This document shows positions 1 to 8,772 of a stretch of 64,000 nt of DNA, one piece after another; position 1 is the stretch's first letter, and each line of letters opens with the position of its first letter. Location: the NCBI GenBank assembly GCA_049510745.1, contig JBEKYR010000012.1, positions 64,001-128,000 of the forward strand, read 5' to 3'. Below the pieces are notes generated by a model. That model had not been told where the DNA came from. It did not search any database and saw only the letters and a list, made by a program, of their open reading frames with translations. This DNA is from Verrucomicrobiota bacterium. GTDB lineage: Bacteria; Verrucomicrobiota; Verrucomicrobiia; Limisphaerales; Palsa-1400. The translations under genes and the position numbers were made by a program.

Positions 1-597
1 GCTCGCGCGGTCGTCCGAGAATTGCTTCCTCCGAAGGATCATGGCGGCCAGGCCGATGATCGTGCCGGCGTACAAGCCGGTGTGGGTCCACCACACTTGT
101 CTAAAACGGGCGAGTTGGTCCGCGTTGAGCAGGGAATTCAAGTCGGCCGAAAAACCCAGTGGATCAAAGCGGCCGGCGATCCGAGGCAGGGCCACGCCCA
201 TGAGAACAGCCCCCGTCAGGGGCATCCACAGCGCGCCGAGGAGGCGGCGCGCCTGGGCCGGAGACATGGGTGATTTTCCGGCGCAGGCGAACAGGCAAAC
301 CGCGCCGCCGATAATGCCGGCGGAAAACCCTTCCTTCAATCCGAACACGCCCGCCCGCCACCGCAAATCGCCGCCCTCCGCCAGCCCCTTTCCCAACGTA
401 AAGTAATCCGGAGAAATGGAGGAAGTAATCAAGTCATTGGCCCATCCGAGAAGGGCGCCGGCGACGCCGGCAATCAACACGAAGGCGTACTCGCGGTATT
501 TCGCGCCGCGCGCCCGGTTTCGCCAAAAATCAACGCCCGCGACCACCGCCATCAGGCCGAGCAGCAGCAAAACGCGATTGAGAAACGGGTCCCGCAC
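1..597 (-). CDS. Hypothetical multi-pass membrane protein (runs off the window's left edge)
   Basis: Manual translation from GTG at 597 gives MRDPFLNRVLLLLGLMAVVAGVDFW...; the frame is open to position 1 with several hydrophobic segments. Starts just after the lpxB stop. Not in the ORF track. Confidence 0.65.
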   Translation of the reverse strand, partial: MRDPFLNRVLLLLGLMAVVAGVDFWRNRARGAKYREYAFVLIAGVAGALLGWANDLITSSISPDYFTLGKGLAEGGDLRWRAGVFGLKEGFSAGIIGGAVCLFACAGKSPMSPAQARRLLGALWMPLTGAVLMGVALPRIAGRFDPLGFSADLNSLLNADQLARFRQVWWTHTGLYAGTIIGLAAMILRRKQFSDDRAS

Positions 598-599
598 GG

Positions 600-1859
600 T
601 CAGGGAGAATTCGCCGCATCTGTCAACTTCAAAATGGCGGCGGCGGCGCGGGCGGCGGCCCCGGGGCCGCCCAGGGCGGAGACGACCTGGCGCAGTCTGG
701 CCCGGATTTCCGCGCGGCGGGCGGGGTTTTCCAACAACTCCAGCGCGGCTTGGGCGATGTTTTGGGCGGTCGCCCGCCCCTGGATGAATTCCGGGCAGAG
801 CGCCTCGCCGGCCAGAAGGTTCGGCATGGCCAGGAATTTCACGGTGACAATCCGGCGCGCGATCAAATAGGTGAGGAGCGACGTCTTATAGAGGGCGACG
901 ACCGGGACTCCGAAGCGGGCGCATTCCAGCGTCACGGTGCCGGTGGAAGCGATGGCCAGAGTCGCGCGCGCGAGCGCCTCTTCCAATTGGCCGGTCTGGA
1001 TTTCAACCTGAGCTGCGCCAGCGATCACGGCGATGTGAGCCCGGTTGGCCACGTCATCGTTGGGGACAACGGGTTTGAATCGAACGGGCTGTCGGGCGGG
1101 GGTCAGAGTGCGGGCTGCAAGTATTACGGGAATAGAGAGGCTGGCCAATGTCTCGTTTGGGGCGACGAGTTTGAATCGAACGGGCTGCAGGGCGGCGATC
1201 ATGTCGGCGGCCGCCAGCATCACGGGGAGATGGCGCCGCAGTTCGCCCCGACGGCTGCCGGGGAGAAGAAGGATGGTCGGAATCGGGTCCGCGTTTTCCG
1301 GTTCGCCGCCGGGGGGCGGGCCGGTGTCAAACATTGGATGGCCGACGCATTCGACGCGCAGTTGCGGCAGGCGCCGGGCATACCACTCCTTTTCAAAGGG
1401 AAAGAGGCACAGGAGCAAGTCGAAGTCCCTGACCATTTTTTCGGCGCGGCCGGGACGGGAGGCCCAGACTTGGGGGGAGACGTATTTGACGATGCGCGGC
1501 CGCCAGGGCGGGGCGGCGCTCCGGCGGGCGGCCGCGCGAAGGGCGCGGGCCAGGCGGCGGTTGAAAAACTCGAAATCGACCAGGATGACCAGATCGGGCT
1601 TTTCGGCGGCAGCCAGGCGGACCAGTTGGCGCAGGCGGCGGCAGAAGAGGGGCAGTTTCCTGATGACAGCGCTCAGGCCGATGACGGCGTCAGCAGTCAA
1701 GTCGAATGACAAGGCGACGCCCGCCCCCGCCATCTTCGGTCCGCCCGCGCCGATGAAGCGGGCGGCGGGCAGAGCGGCGGCCAGGGCTTGGACCAGGGCG
1801 GCGGCGTGGGCGTCGCCGCTGGGTTCGCCCGCCACCAGCATGATGGTTCGGGGGTTCAT
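600..1859 (-). CDS. lpxB: Lipid-A-disaccharide synthase
   Basis: Motifs AGEPSGD, YVSPQVWA, LFPFE, VGHP, LLPGSR, GTVTLE, MPNLLA, PEFIQ. Start taken at MNPRTIML (1859). Confidence 0.95.
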   Translation of the reverse strand: MNPRTIMLVAGEPSGDAHAAALVQALAAALPAARFIGAGGPKMAGAGVALSFDLTADAVIGLSAVIRKLPLFCRRLRQLVRLAAAEKPDLVILVDFEFFNRRLARALRAAARRSAAPPWRPRIVKYVSPQVWASRPGRAEKMVRDFDLLLCLFPFEKEWYARRLPQLRVECVGHPMFDTGPPPGGEPENADPIPTILLLPGSRRGELRRHLPVMLAAADMIAALQPVRFKLVAPNETLASLSIPVILAARTLTPARQPVRFKPVVPNDDVANRAHIAVIAGAAQVEIQTGQLEEALARATLAIASTGTVTLECARFGVPVVALYKTSLLTYLIARRIVTVKFLAMPNLLAGEALCPEFIQGRATAQNIAQAALELLENPARRAEIRARLRQVVSALGGPGAAARAAAAILKLTDAANSP

Positions 1860-2203
1860 TTCAACTCCGCTTTCACTTCCTTGAGGAAGCCGGCGATTTT
1901 GAACGGAATGAAAGGGGCGGCCAGGCCGGTGAGAAAATCGGCGGCGGCGCCAAGGCGGGTGACGGCGGCGGGCAATCTGGTGTGCGCCCAGGGAATGGGG
2001 AAGCCTTTGAGGAGATCGGGTCCGCTGTGATATTGGAGGAAGAAGGTGAGCCAGACGGCCAGAAGGAGGCCGGCGGCGGCCACGGCGGCGATGGGGCGCC
2101 AGTCCTTGCGGGCGCGCCAAAGGGAGAGTTGGCGGCGGCCCGTGGTACAGGCCAGCCAGAGATCGAAGGCGACAACCGGGACGATGAGAAGCAAGCCGCC
2201 CAT
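1856..2203 (-). CDS. Small hypothetical membrane protein
   Basis: 115 aa with about three hydrophobic segments; stop overlaps the lpxB ATG. Confidence 0.65.
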   Translation of the reverse strand: MGGLLLIVPVVAFDLWLACTTGRRQLSLWRARKDWRPIAAVAAAGLLLAVWLTFFLQYHSGPDLLKGFPIPWAHTRLPAAVTRLGAAADFLTGLAAPFIPFKIAGFLKEVKAELK

Positions 2204-2209
2204 AGGAGG

Positions 2210-3229
2210 TTAACGGGCCGATTGAATCTGGCGTGTGATCTCGAAGGCGAGGTCGAGGGCGCGTTTGGCGACGGCGCCGCTGACTTTGGGAGTCTGGCGG
2301 GACTGGACGCAGCGGATGAAATCGCGCAATTCGAGCTTGAGCGGCTCGTCCTTTTCAATCGGCACCGGTTCGCGCACGATTTTGCGCCCAGCGAATTCGC
2401 TGACGATGGCGGAGTCCTTGCCGCGGAGGAGTTTTTTGAGCAACGACGATTGCTCCTCGCCGTCGCGGGCGACGCGATAAATGAAGCCTTCCTGGGCGCG
2501 GTAATCGAGGGAGACATAACTGGTGATCGCGCCGCCGCTAAAGACGCGGATTTTGCGCGTGCGCTCCGGGCTGATGCGGCTGGCGGTGAGATTGGCCACG
2601 CAGCCGTTGGCGAAGCGGAGCCGGGCATTGGCGATGTCCTCGGTCTGGCTGAGGACGGGAATGCCGACGGCCTCGACACTGGCCACAGTGGAGCGCACCA
2701 AACTGAGCACGACATCCAGATCGTGAATCATCAGGTCCAGCACAACGCCGATGTCGGTGCTGCGATTGGGGAAGGGGGAAAGGCGATTGGTTTCAATGAA
2801 GCGCGGATCGGTGGCGACTTGCTCCAGGTAGGCCAGGACGGGATTGAAGCGTTCGACGTGCCCGACCTGTAGGACGACGGAGCTTGCCTGCGCCAGTTCC
2901 ACCAATTGACCGGCCTGGGCGGCGTTGTCGGTCATCGGTTTTTCCACCAAGGCATGTTTGCCGGCGGCAAGGATGCGTTTGGCCAGGTCGAAATGGGTGT
3001 GGGTGGGGGTCACGACGCTGAAGGCTTCGGCGGCGGCAAGGGCGTCGTCGAGCGAGGCGAAGACGGGGACGCGGTATTTGGCGGCGATTTTGGCGGCTTG
3101 GGCGGGGGAAAGGTCATGGACGCCGGCGAAATGGATTTGGCCGGCGGCGGCGAGTTGGGCGTAGATGCGGGCGTGTTCCTTGCCCAGGGAGCCAACGCCG
3201 AGCACCGCGACATTAAGTAGTGAGTTCAA
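2210..3229 (-). CDS. Gfo/Idh/MocA family oxidoreductase (GnnA-like)
   Basis: GVGSLG Rossmann motif, LVEKP, QVGHVERFNP, DLMIHDLD; same operon as lpxB. Confidence 0.88.
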   Translation of the reverse strand: MNSLLNVAVLGVGSLGKEHARIYAQLAAAGQIHFAGVHDLSPAQAAKIAAKYRVPVFASLDDALAAAEAFSVVTPTHTHFDLAKRILAAGKHALVEKPMTDNAAQAGQLVELAQASSVVLQVGHVERFNPVLAYLEQVATDPRFIETNRLSPFPNRSTDIGVVLDLMIHDLDVVLSLVRSTVASVEAVGIPVLSQTEDIANARLRFANGCVANLTASRISPERTRKIRVFSGGAITSYVSLDYRAQEGFIYRVARDGEEQSSLLKKLLRGKDSAIVSEFAGRKIVREPVPIEKDEPLKLELRDFIRCVQSRQTPKVSGAVAKRALDLAFEITRQIQSAR

Positions 3230-3406
3230 AGTTCAAGGCCTGCTGCTCTTAATCCTAGTCTCCCTCCGTCCTCCCACGCAACCAACTTTGAGGAAGAAGG
3301 ATGAAGGATGAAGTGAGCGGGCGGCGCGGGCGGTTACGGCTTGGGGTTGGCGGGCTGGCCGGGAAAAGGATTAAGATAAAGGGCAGGCTTAGGAGCAGGA
3401 GAAAGA

Positions 3407-4099
3407 TTAGCTCAGGTCAAAAAGAAGGACTTGCGAGGGTTCGATTGCGCTCAATTCCAGGGAGGTTTCTTCGCTGACAGCCGCCGCGTCGCCGCCGCAC
3501 AGTTTTTCCCCGTTGAGAGATACTTGGCCTTCGGCCACGTGAATCCAGGCATGGCGTCCTTTGGCCAATTTATGGGTGGCGTGATTCCTGGCGCTGAATC
3601 TGGCCAGCCAGAGATCGGCGTCCTGATGAATGGCGATGGAGCCGTCGCGGCCCGTCTTGCTCGTGACCAGGAGCAGCGTTCCGACCGGCGCGTCCGCCAG
3701 CGATTTCTCCGCGTAACGCGGCGTGACACCTTTGCGATCCGGTTGAATCCAGATTTGGAGGAGATGCACCGGCTCGTCCTTTGACGGGTTGAATTCGCTG
3801 TGTTGCACGCCGGTCCCGGCAGCCATGTATTGCACCTCGCCTGGGCGGATGACGCGGCCGTTGCCCATCGAATCCTTGTGCTGCAGCGCGCCGCTGAGGA
3901 TGTAGGTGATGATCTCCATGTCGCGATGCGGATGCGTCCCGAAACCCATCCCCGGCATCACCAGATCGTCGTTGATGACGCGGAGGCTGCGGAAGCCCAT
4001 CCATTGCGGGTCGTAATAATCCGCGAAGCTGAAAGTGTGATAAGTGTCGAGCCACCCGTGTGCGGCGTGGCCCCGTTCGTTTGCTTTTCGAATTTTCAT
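3407..4099 (-). CDS. Pirin family protein (YhhW-like)
   Basis: RGHAAHGWLDTYHTFSFADYY, GFGTHPHRDMEI, HKDSMGN, MAAGTGVQHSEFN. Confidence 0.93.
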   Translation of the reverse strand: MKIRKANERGHAAHGWLDTYHTFSFADYYDPQWMGFRSLRVINDDLVMPGMGFGTHPHRDMEIITYILSGALQHKDSMGNGRVIRPGEVQYMAAGTGVQHSEFNPSKDEPVHLLQIWIQPDRKGVTPRYAEKSLADAPVGTLLLVTSKTGRDGSIAIHQDADLWLARFSARNHATHKLAKGRHAWIHVAEGQVSLNGEKLCGGDAAAVSEETSLELSAIEPSQVLLFDLS

Positions 4100-4143
4100 T
4101 TTGAAGAACGGGATTTATTGGAGAGGGCGCAGGTCCTGGGCCG

Positions 4144-6786
4144 TTATTCGGGCGGGCGGATGATGGCGATGACGGCACGGCCGGGCGTCAAGTACTTTTC
4201 AGCCACTTCCTTGATTTGCTCCAGCCGGACGGCTTCGTAGCGGGCGTCCTCGGTGTCGATGTGGCCGTAGCCAAGGCCGTAAAGTTCGTCCAGCGCGACG
4301 GAGACGGCCAGGCCGCCGAGGTCCTGGCGGGCGATTTTCTTCTGGCCAATGACTTTGGCCTTGCAGCGCGCCAACTCCTCCGCGGTAAATCCTTCCGTGC
4401 GCAACAATTCCGTCTCCTTGAGCAATTCCTTTTCGACCTCGGCCAGTTTCTCCGGGGCGGTGCCGACGTAAAACGCGAAGTAGCCGGGATTCAATCCGAG
4501 GAAATTCTGCGCGCCCACATAGTAGGCCAGGCCGAGTTTTTCGCGGACGCGCAGGAACAGGCGCGATCCCAGGTCGCTGCACCCTTCCTGCAACAGTTCC
4601 AGGGCGTATCGGTCAGGGTCGTGGATGGTGAGGCCCGGAAAACCAATGATGATGACGGCTTGTTTTTTGTCGCGGGTTTCGGTGACGCGCTTGATTTCGG
4701 AGAGGGACGGCGGCGCCGTCCGCAGCGGAGGGACGGCCGGCCTTTCTTTCCAAGGTCCGAAGGCCCTCTCGACGGCGGCTCTGAGTTGATCGGTGTGAAC
4801 GTCGCCAAAAGCCGCCAGCACGGCGTTGTTGGGGACGACCTTCTCTTTGTAAAAGGCAGCCAAGTCCTGCGGACGCAAGGCGGCCACGCTCGATTCGGCG
4901 CCCAGCGGGTCCAAACCGTAGCCGGTGTCGCCGAAAAGGCCGCGGCGCATGGCCTGGTTGCAGGATTGCAGCAACTGGTCCCGTTGGGCGCGGATGAGAT
5001 CGAGTTGGATGGCCCGTTCGCGCTCGAAGGCCGCCGCCGGAAAGGAGGGATTGAGCACGACATCGGCAAAAACGTCCAGGCCGGTATCGAGGTCGCTGCT
5101 GAGCACTTCGGCGGTGACGCCGAAACTGTTGTTGCCGCCAAAAGAGTCGATGCTGCCGCCGACCGACTCGATGGCGAGGGCGATTTGCTCCGCGCTGCGG
5201 CGGCGGGTGCCCTGGAGCAACATCTTTGAAACCAACTGGGTGAGGCCGCTGGTGGAAAGGGACTCGGCCAGGACGCCGCCCCGGAAGACGGCGCGCAATT
5301 CGACGAAGGGCAGGCGGTGGTCTTCTTTGACCAGCAACCGGAGGCCGTTGGGGAAAACAATCTTCCGCACCGCCGAATCGGCGGAAACGGGCAGGGTCTC
5401 CGCGGCTTTGGGCGCCGCGCCCGCCGGCAACAGGGCGTAGAAGGTGCGATTGGCGGGAGTCAAATAGTCGCGCGCCGCCCGTTGGAGGGCGGCGGGGGTG
5501 ACCTGGCGGGCGGCGGCGAGGTAACGCTCGGAAAAATTCAGGTCGCTGGCGGCGACCCAGTTTGCGCCGAGGTCCTGGGCCTGGCCTTGCATGGTTTTGC
5601 GGGTGGCCAGAGTGCCGGCGACGAATTGCTTGATGACTTTGGCCAATTCAGCCGGGGCCGGCGGTTTGTTCTGGATGCGCCGCACCTCGGCCAGGAGGGC
5701 GTCGCGGGCGGCGGCAAATTTGTCCGCCGTTGTCACGGCGCTCATGCCAAAGAGACCCTGTTCGCCCGGATTGTAGGTCCAGGCTTCGGCGGAAGTGACC
5801 AGGCCGAGCTTTTCGCGCACTTGGCGGAACAAGCGCGAACTGCGGCCGCTGCCCAAAAGGGAGGCCAACAGGTCCAGCGCCGGGGTGTCGGGGTGCCGGA
5901 CATCCGGGATGTGCCAGGCGAAATGAAAATAGGCCAGCTCGACGGCGCCTTCCTCGATGATTTCGCGCGGGGCGGTCTGGCGCGGTTCGAGGGGAAGCAC
6001 CTGGGGCGGCAACGCCTTGGCCTTGCATTGGGCAAAGGCCGAACCAATCTGCCCGATCACGTCGTCCGGCTTGATGTCGCCGGCGACCACGAAGAAAATG
6101 TTGTTGGGCACATATTTTTCGCGGTAATAGCCCAGAATGTCGTCCGGCGTGAGGGTGTCAAAAATATCCGGGTAGCCGATGATGGTGAAGCGATAAGGGC
6201 TTTTGGTGAAGGCGCACTCGAACAAGCGGCGGCCGGCGCGCCGGCCGGGATCGTCCTGGTTCATGTCCATTTCGCGGCGGATGACGTCCAGTTCCTTGCT
6301 CAATTCCTCGGGGGGCAAGGTGGCGTTTTGCATGATGTCGCAGAGAATGTCGATGGCGACAGTGGCGCCGGTGTTGGGGACGTTGATGTGATAGACGGTG
6401 CGGTCAAAGGAGGTGAAGGCGTTCATGTAACCGCCGGCCGACTGCACTTCCTGATCGATGCGGCTGCCGGGGCGGGTGGTGGTGCCCTTGAAGAGCATGT
6501 GCTCCAGCACGTGGGACAAGCCGGCCCCAAGCCATTTACCCTCCGAAATGCTCCCGGTCAGGCACCAGGCCTGCGCGGAAACGACGGGCGCGCTGTGGTC
6601 TTCGCGCGTGATGACCACCAAACCATTGTCCAAAGTTGTCAGCCGCGTTCCCGGCGGCATGGGAGGAATGTCGATGGCGGCGGGGCGCGCCCGACGCTTG
6701 GCCGGGACGCGCTTGCCGGTCGCGCCGAGGGTCGGACGTGCCGTCGGCGCGAGCAGGCCGAGCCTTTTCTTTTCACCGTTCTTCAT
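4144..6786 (-). CDS. M16 family zinc metallopeptidase (pitrilysin/insulinase-like, fused halves)
   Basis: HVLEH inverted zinc motif, NAFTS, and a second half beginning FPNGLRLLV. Start uncertain. Confidence 0.9.
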   Translation of the reverse strand: MKNGEKKRLGLLAPTARPTLGATGKRVPAKRRARPAAIDIPPMPPGTRLTTLDNGLVVITREDHSAPVVSAQAWCLTGSISEGKWLGAGLSHVLEHMLFKGTTTRPGSRIDQEVQSAGGYMNAFTSFDRTVYHINVPNTGATVAIDILCDIMQNATLPPEELSKELDVIRREMDMNQDDPGRRAGRRLFECAFTKSPYRFTIIGYPDIFDTLTPDDILGYYREKYVPNNIFFVVAGDIKPDDVIGQIGSAFAQCKAKALPPQVLPLEPRQTAPREIIEEGAVELAYFHFAWHIPDVRHPDTPALDLLASLLGSGRSSRLFRQVREKLGLVTSAEAWTYNPGEQGLFGMSAVTTADKFAAARDALLAEVRRIQNKPPAPAELAKVIKQFVAGTLATRKTMQGQAQDLGANWVAASDLNFSERYLAAARQVTPAALQRAARDYLTPANRTFYALLPAGAAPKAAETLPVSADSAVRKIVFPNGLRLLVKEDHRLPFVELRAVFRGGVLAESLSTSGLTQLVSKMLLQGTRRRSAEQIALAIESVGGSIDSFGGNNSFGVTAEVLSSDLDTGLDVFADVVLNPSFPAAAFERERAIQLDLIRAQRDQLLQSCNQAMRRGLFGDTGYGLDPLGAESSVAALRPQDLAAFYKEKVVPNNAVLAAFGDVHTDQLRAAVERAFGPWKERPAVPPLRTAPPSLSEIKRVTETRDKKQAVIIIGFPGLTIHDPDRYALELLQEGCSDLGSRLFLRVREKLGLAYYVGAQNFLGLNPGYFAFYVGTAPEKLAEVEKELLKETELLRTEGFTAEELARCKAKVIGQKKIARQDLGGLAVSVALDELYGLGYGHIDTEDARYEAVRLEQIKEVAEKYLTPGRAVIAIIRPPE

Positions 6787-6857
6787 CTGGCCGGGAACGG
6801 TAAGGAGTTTCCCCTGCGGACGCAAGAAATGCCGTGCAGTTCCTTCGCCCTTCGATC

Positions 6858-8069
6858 TTAGAGCATTGCGGGAAAGACGCGGGCGAAGACGTTGCTTTGA
6901 TCGACTTGAAACGACGCGGGAGGATTGCCATTGTCCCGCAGCGCAGCCTGAGCGAGAGCAATGCCGACGCCGAAACGCTGGACCAGATTCAACACCCGCA
7001 TGGCTTCGGCCAAATGAGGGTTGCGATAATCGGCGATGCCCGGTTGACCGAAGTTGGCGACGGTGACATTGCCGAAGGGGCCGCCGGGACTCATGATTTC
7101 AATGCGGTCGTCAAACCAATAAGCGCGCACGGGGGCATTGGTGGACTCGTAGGCGCGGTGCATCACAGCATTGCGGGTCAGTTGTTGAAGGGCAACAGGC
7201 GGGTAAAGGAAGCGCCGGACCTCGCGATCCTGCGAAGTGAAGTCCACAGTCACGCGATTATGCGCGGCCATCTTTTCATCCAGGCGGCGGATCATGGAGG
7301 AAAGATGGCCGTCCAAGACTGCTTCATCCACGATGGGATCACTCCATTGGGTGCCCTGCACGCGCAGAAACTGAACGTAGGCGCCCGGCAGCCAGCGCGA
7401 AGGCGCGCGGGACAAAGCCAGCAGCCCGAGCACGGTGGGAATGGGTTCATCCTCAGCAACAATCATGCGGCAGGCCGAGAGACGTTGTTCGTAACTGCGG
7501 TCGTTGGCGGCGAGAATTTCCGGCGCGAATGCTCCCGGGAGATACTCCTCCTCAAAGAAGGTGCGGCTGAGGTCGCCAATCTTGGCGGAGGGACGCGGCG
7601 AGATGTCGAATGGAATATCGCGGTGCCGGCGCTTTTCATTGAGGATGCGCTCATCCTGGGCCGTAGCGATGCGGCGGCTGGGGCCAACGCGAATCCATAT
7701 CCTGCCTTTGTAACGAACCGGAGGCGCATCGGCCGGCCAGACCATAACGACGGCGACTTCAGCGCCTTTGAAAACGCGCTTTTCGACAGTCATCGTTGGC
7801 GGCGGAAGGATATTGCCATTTGACCTCGTGTCAGCCAGGGTCGTCAGCAATTGGTCAGTGATTGTCGCCTTAATCGGATTCCCGTCGTCATCGACGCCGA
7901 CAAAAAGCACGCCCGGCTGCTGATGATTAGGCAGGTCGTTGGCAAACGCGCAAATCGCCTGGCATCCTTTGTCCGGCGCGTCCCCTGTCCACGTCTGCTT
8001 GCGCTCGGCTCTGTCCGATTCGAGATCGTTGAGCAGTGCTTCAAGTTCGTTGTTTGTCAAGCGCGTCAT
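6858..8069 (-). CDS. Schlafen/AlbA_2 domain protein with C-terminal HATPase_c_4 (RecG-C-like) domain
   Basis: ESDRAERK...ICAFAND...GVLFVGVDDDG; later NAVMHRAY, DRIEIMSPGG, YRNPHLA, QRFGVGI. Confidence 0.82.
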   Translation of the reverse strand: MTRLTNNELEALLNDLESDRAERKQTWTGDAPDKGCQAICAFANDLPNHQQPGVLFVGVDDDGNPIKATITDQLLTTLADTRSNGNILPPPTMTVEKRVFKGAEVAVVMVWPADAPPVRYKGRIWIRVGPSRRIATAQDERILNEKRRHRDIPFDISPRPSAKIGDLSRTFFEEEYLPGAFAPEILAANDRSYEQRLSACRMIVAEDEPIPTVLGLLALSRAPSRWLPGAYVQFLRVQGTQWSDPIVDEAVLDGHLSSMIRRLDEKMAAHNRVTVDFTSQDREVRRFLYPPVALQQLTRNAVMHRAYESTNAPVRAYWFDDRIEIMSPGGPFGNVTVANFGQPGIADYRNPHLAEAMRVLNLVQRFGVGIALAQAALRDNGNPPASFQVDQSNVFARVFPAML

Positions 8070-8163
8070 CGCGGCGAAGTCTGCTCGCAATTGTGAGATT
8101 GTTCAACCCGATAACGGCATTGCCGGCCTGCGTGCCCCAAAAGTCCCCGCCCGCCATGCCGGC

Positions 8164-8598
8164 TCAGTCCCCGACGGTGATTTTCGGCTTGGGGGCTTTG
8201 GGGGCGGAGGCAGCCGTCTTGGTGGGGAGGAAGGGCTTGCGGAAGGCGTCGTCGAAACTGAAGTGGCCTTTGAAATCTGCGCGGCTGTCGGTCTCGGTTT
8301 TGGAGGCGACGCCGTGCTCGATCATGTTGAAGACGATTTCGCCAATGTCTTCGCAGGAATGAATGCCCCATTCGCCCAGAACGGTCGGCACCATGGGACC
8401 GAAGGAGTCGAGGGCGTATTGGCGGAGGCCGTCCAGGAGTTCCTTGCCGGCGACGTGCTTGTGCTCGGATTTGGTGCGGCCCAGGGCGCGCTGGGTGTAT
8501 TGCAGGGCTTCCTGGACAAAAATGTAGGCTTCATAGGGGAAACGGGGATCCGCCGCCACTATTTTTCTGATGTCGTCTTCGAGATTCGCAGGCCGCAT
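8164..8598 (-). CDS. Minf_1886 family (Verrucomicrobia/Planctomycetes-restricted) protein
   Basis: DPRFPYEAYIFV...HVAGKELL...FGPM...WGI...DIGEIVFNMIE...DSRADF pattern. Confidence 0.82.
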   Translation of the reverse strand: MRPANLEDDIRKIVAADPRFPYEAYIFVQEALQYTQRALGRTKSEHKHVAGKELLDGLRQYALDSFGPMVPTVLGEWGIHSCEDIGEIVFNMIEHGVASKTETDSRADFKGHFSFDDAFRKPFLPTKTAASAPKAPKPKITVGD

Positions 8599-8772
8599 AT
8601 CAGGATTTCTGCCGCAACAACGCCGGAGCGGATGGATGAGCCGTGCGGTAATCCTTCACGGCCCATCCAAATAACACCAACGCAAGTATGAGACACAGCA
8701 CAATCTGTTCCTGTCTTGTCAGGTATCTCACGCAATCACTATACAGCAGATTCCCTAATTTCAAATTTAAAA

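Noticed and set aside
8600..8772. AT-richer spacer after leuS as possible ncRNA
   Set aside because: No recognisable structure or family motif seen.
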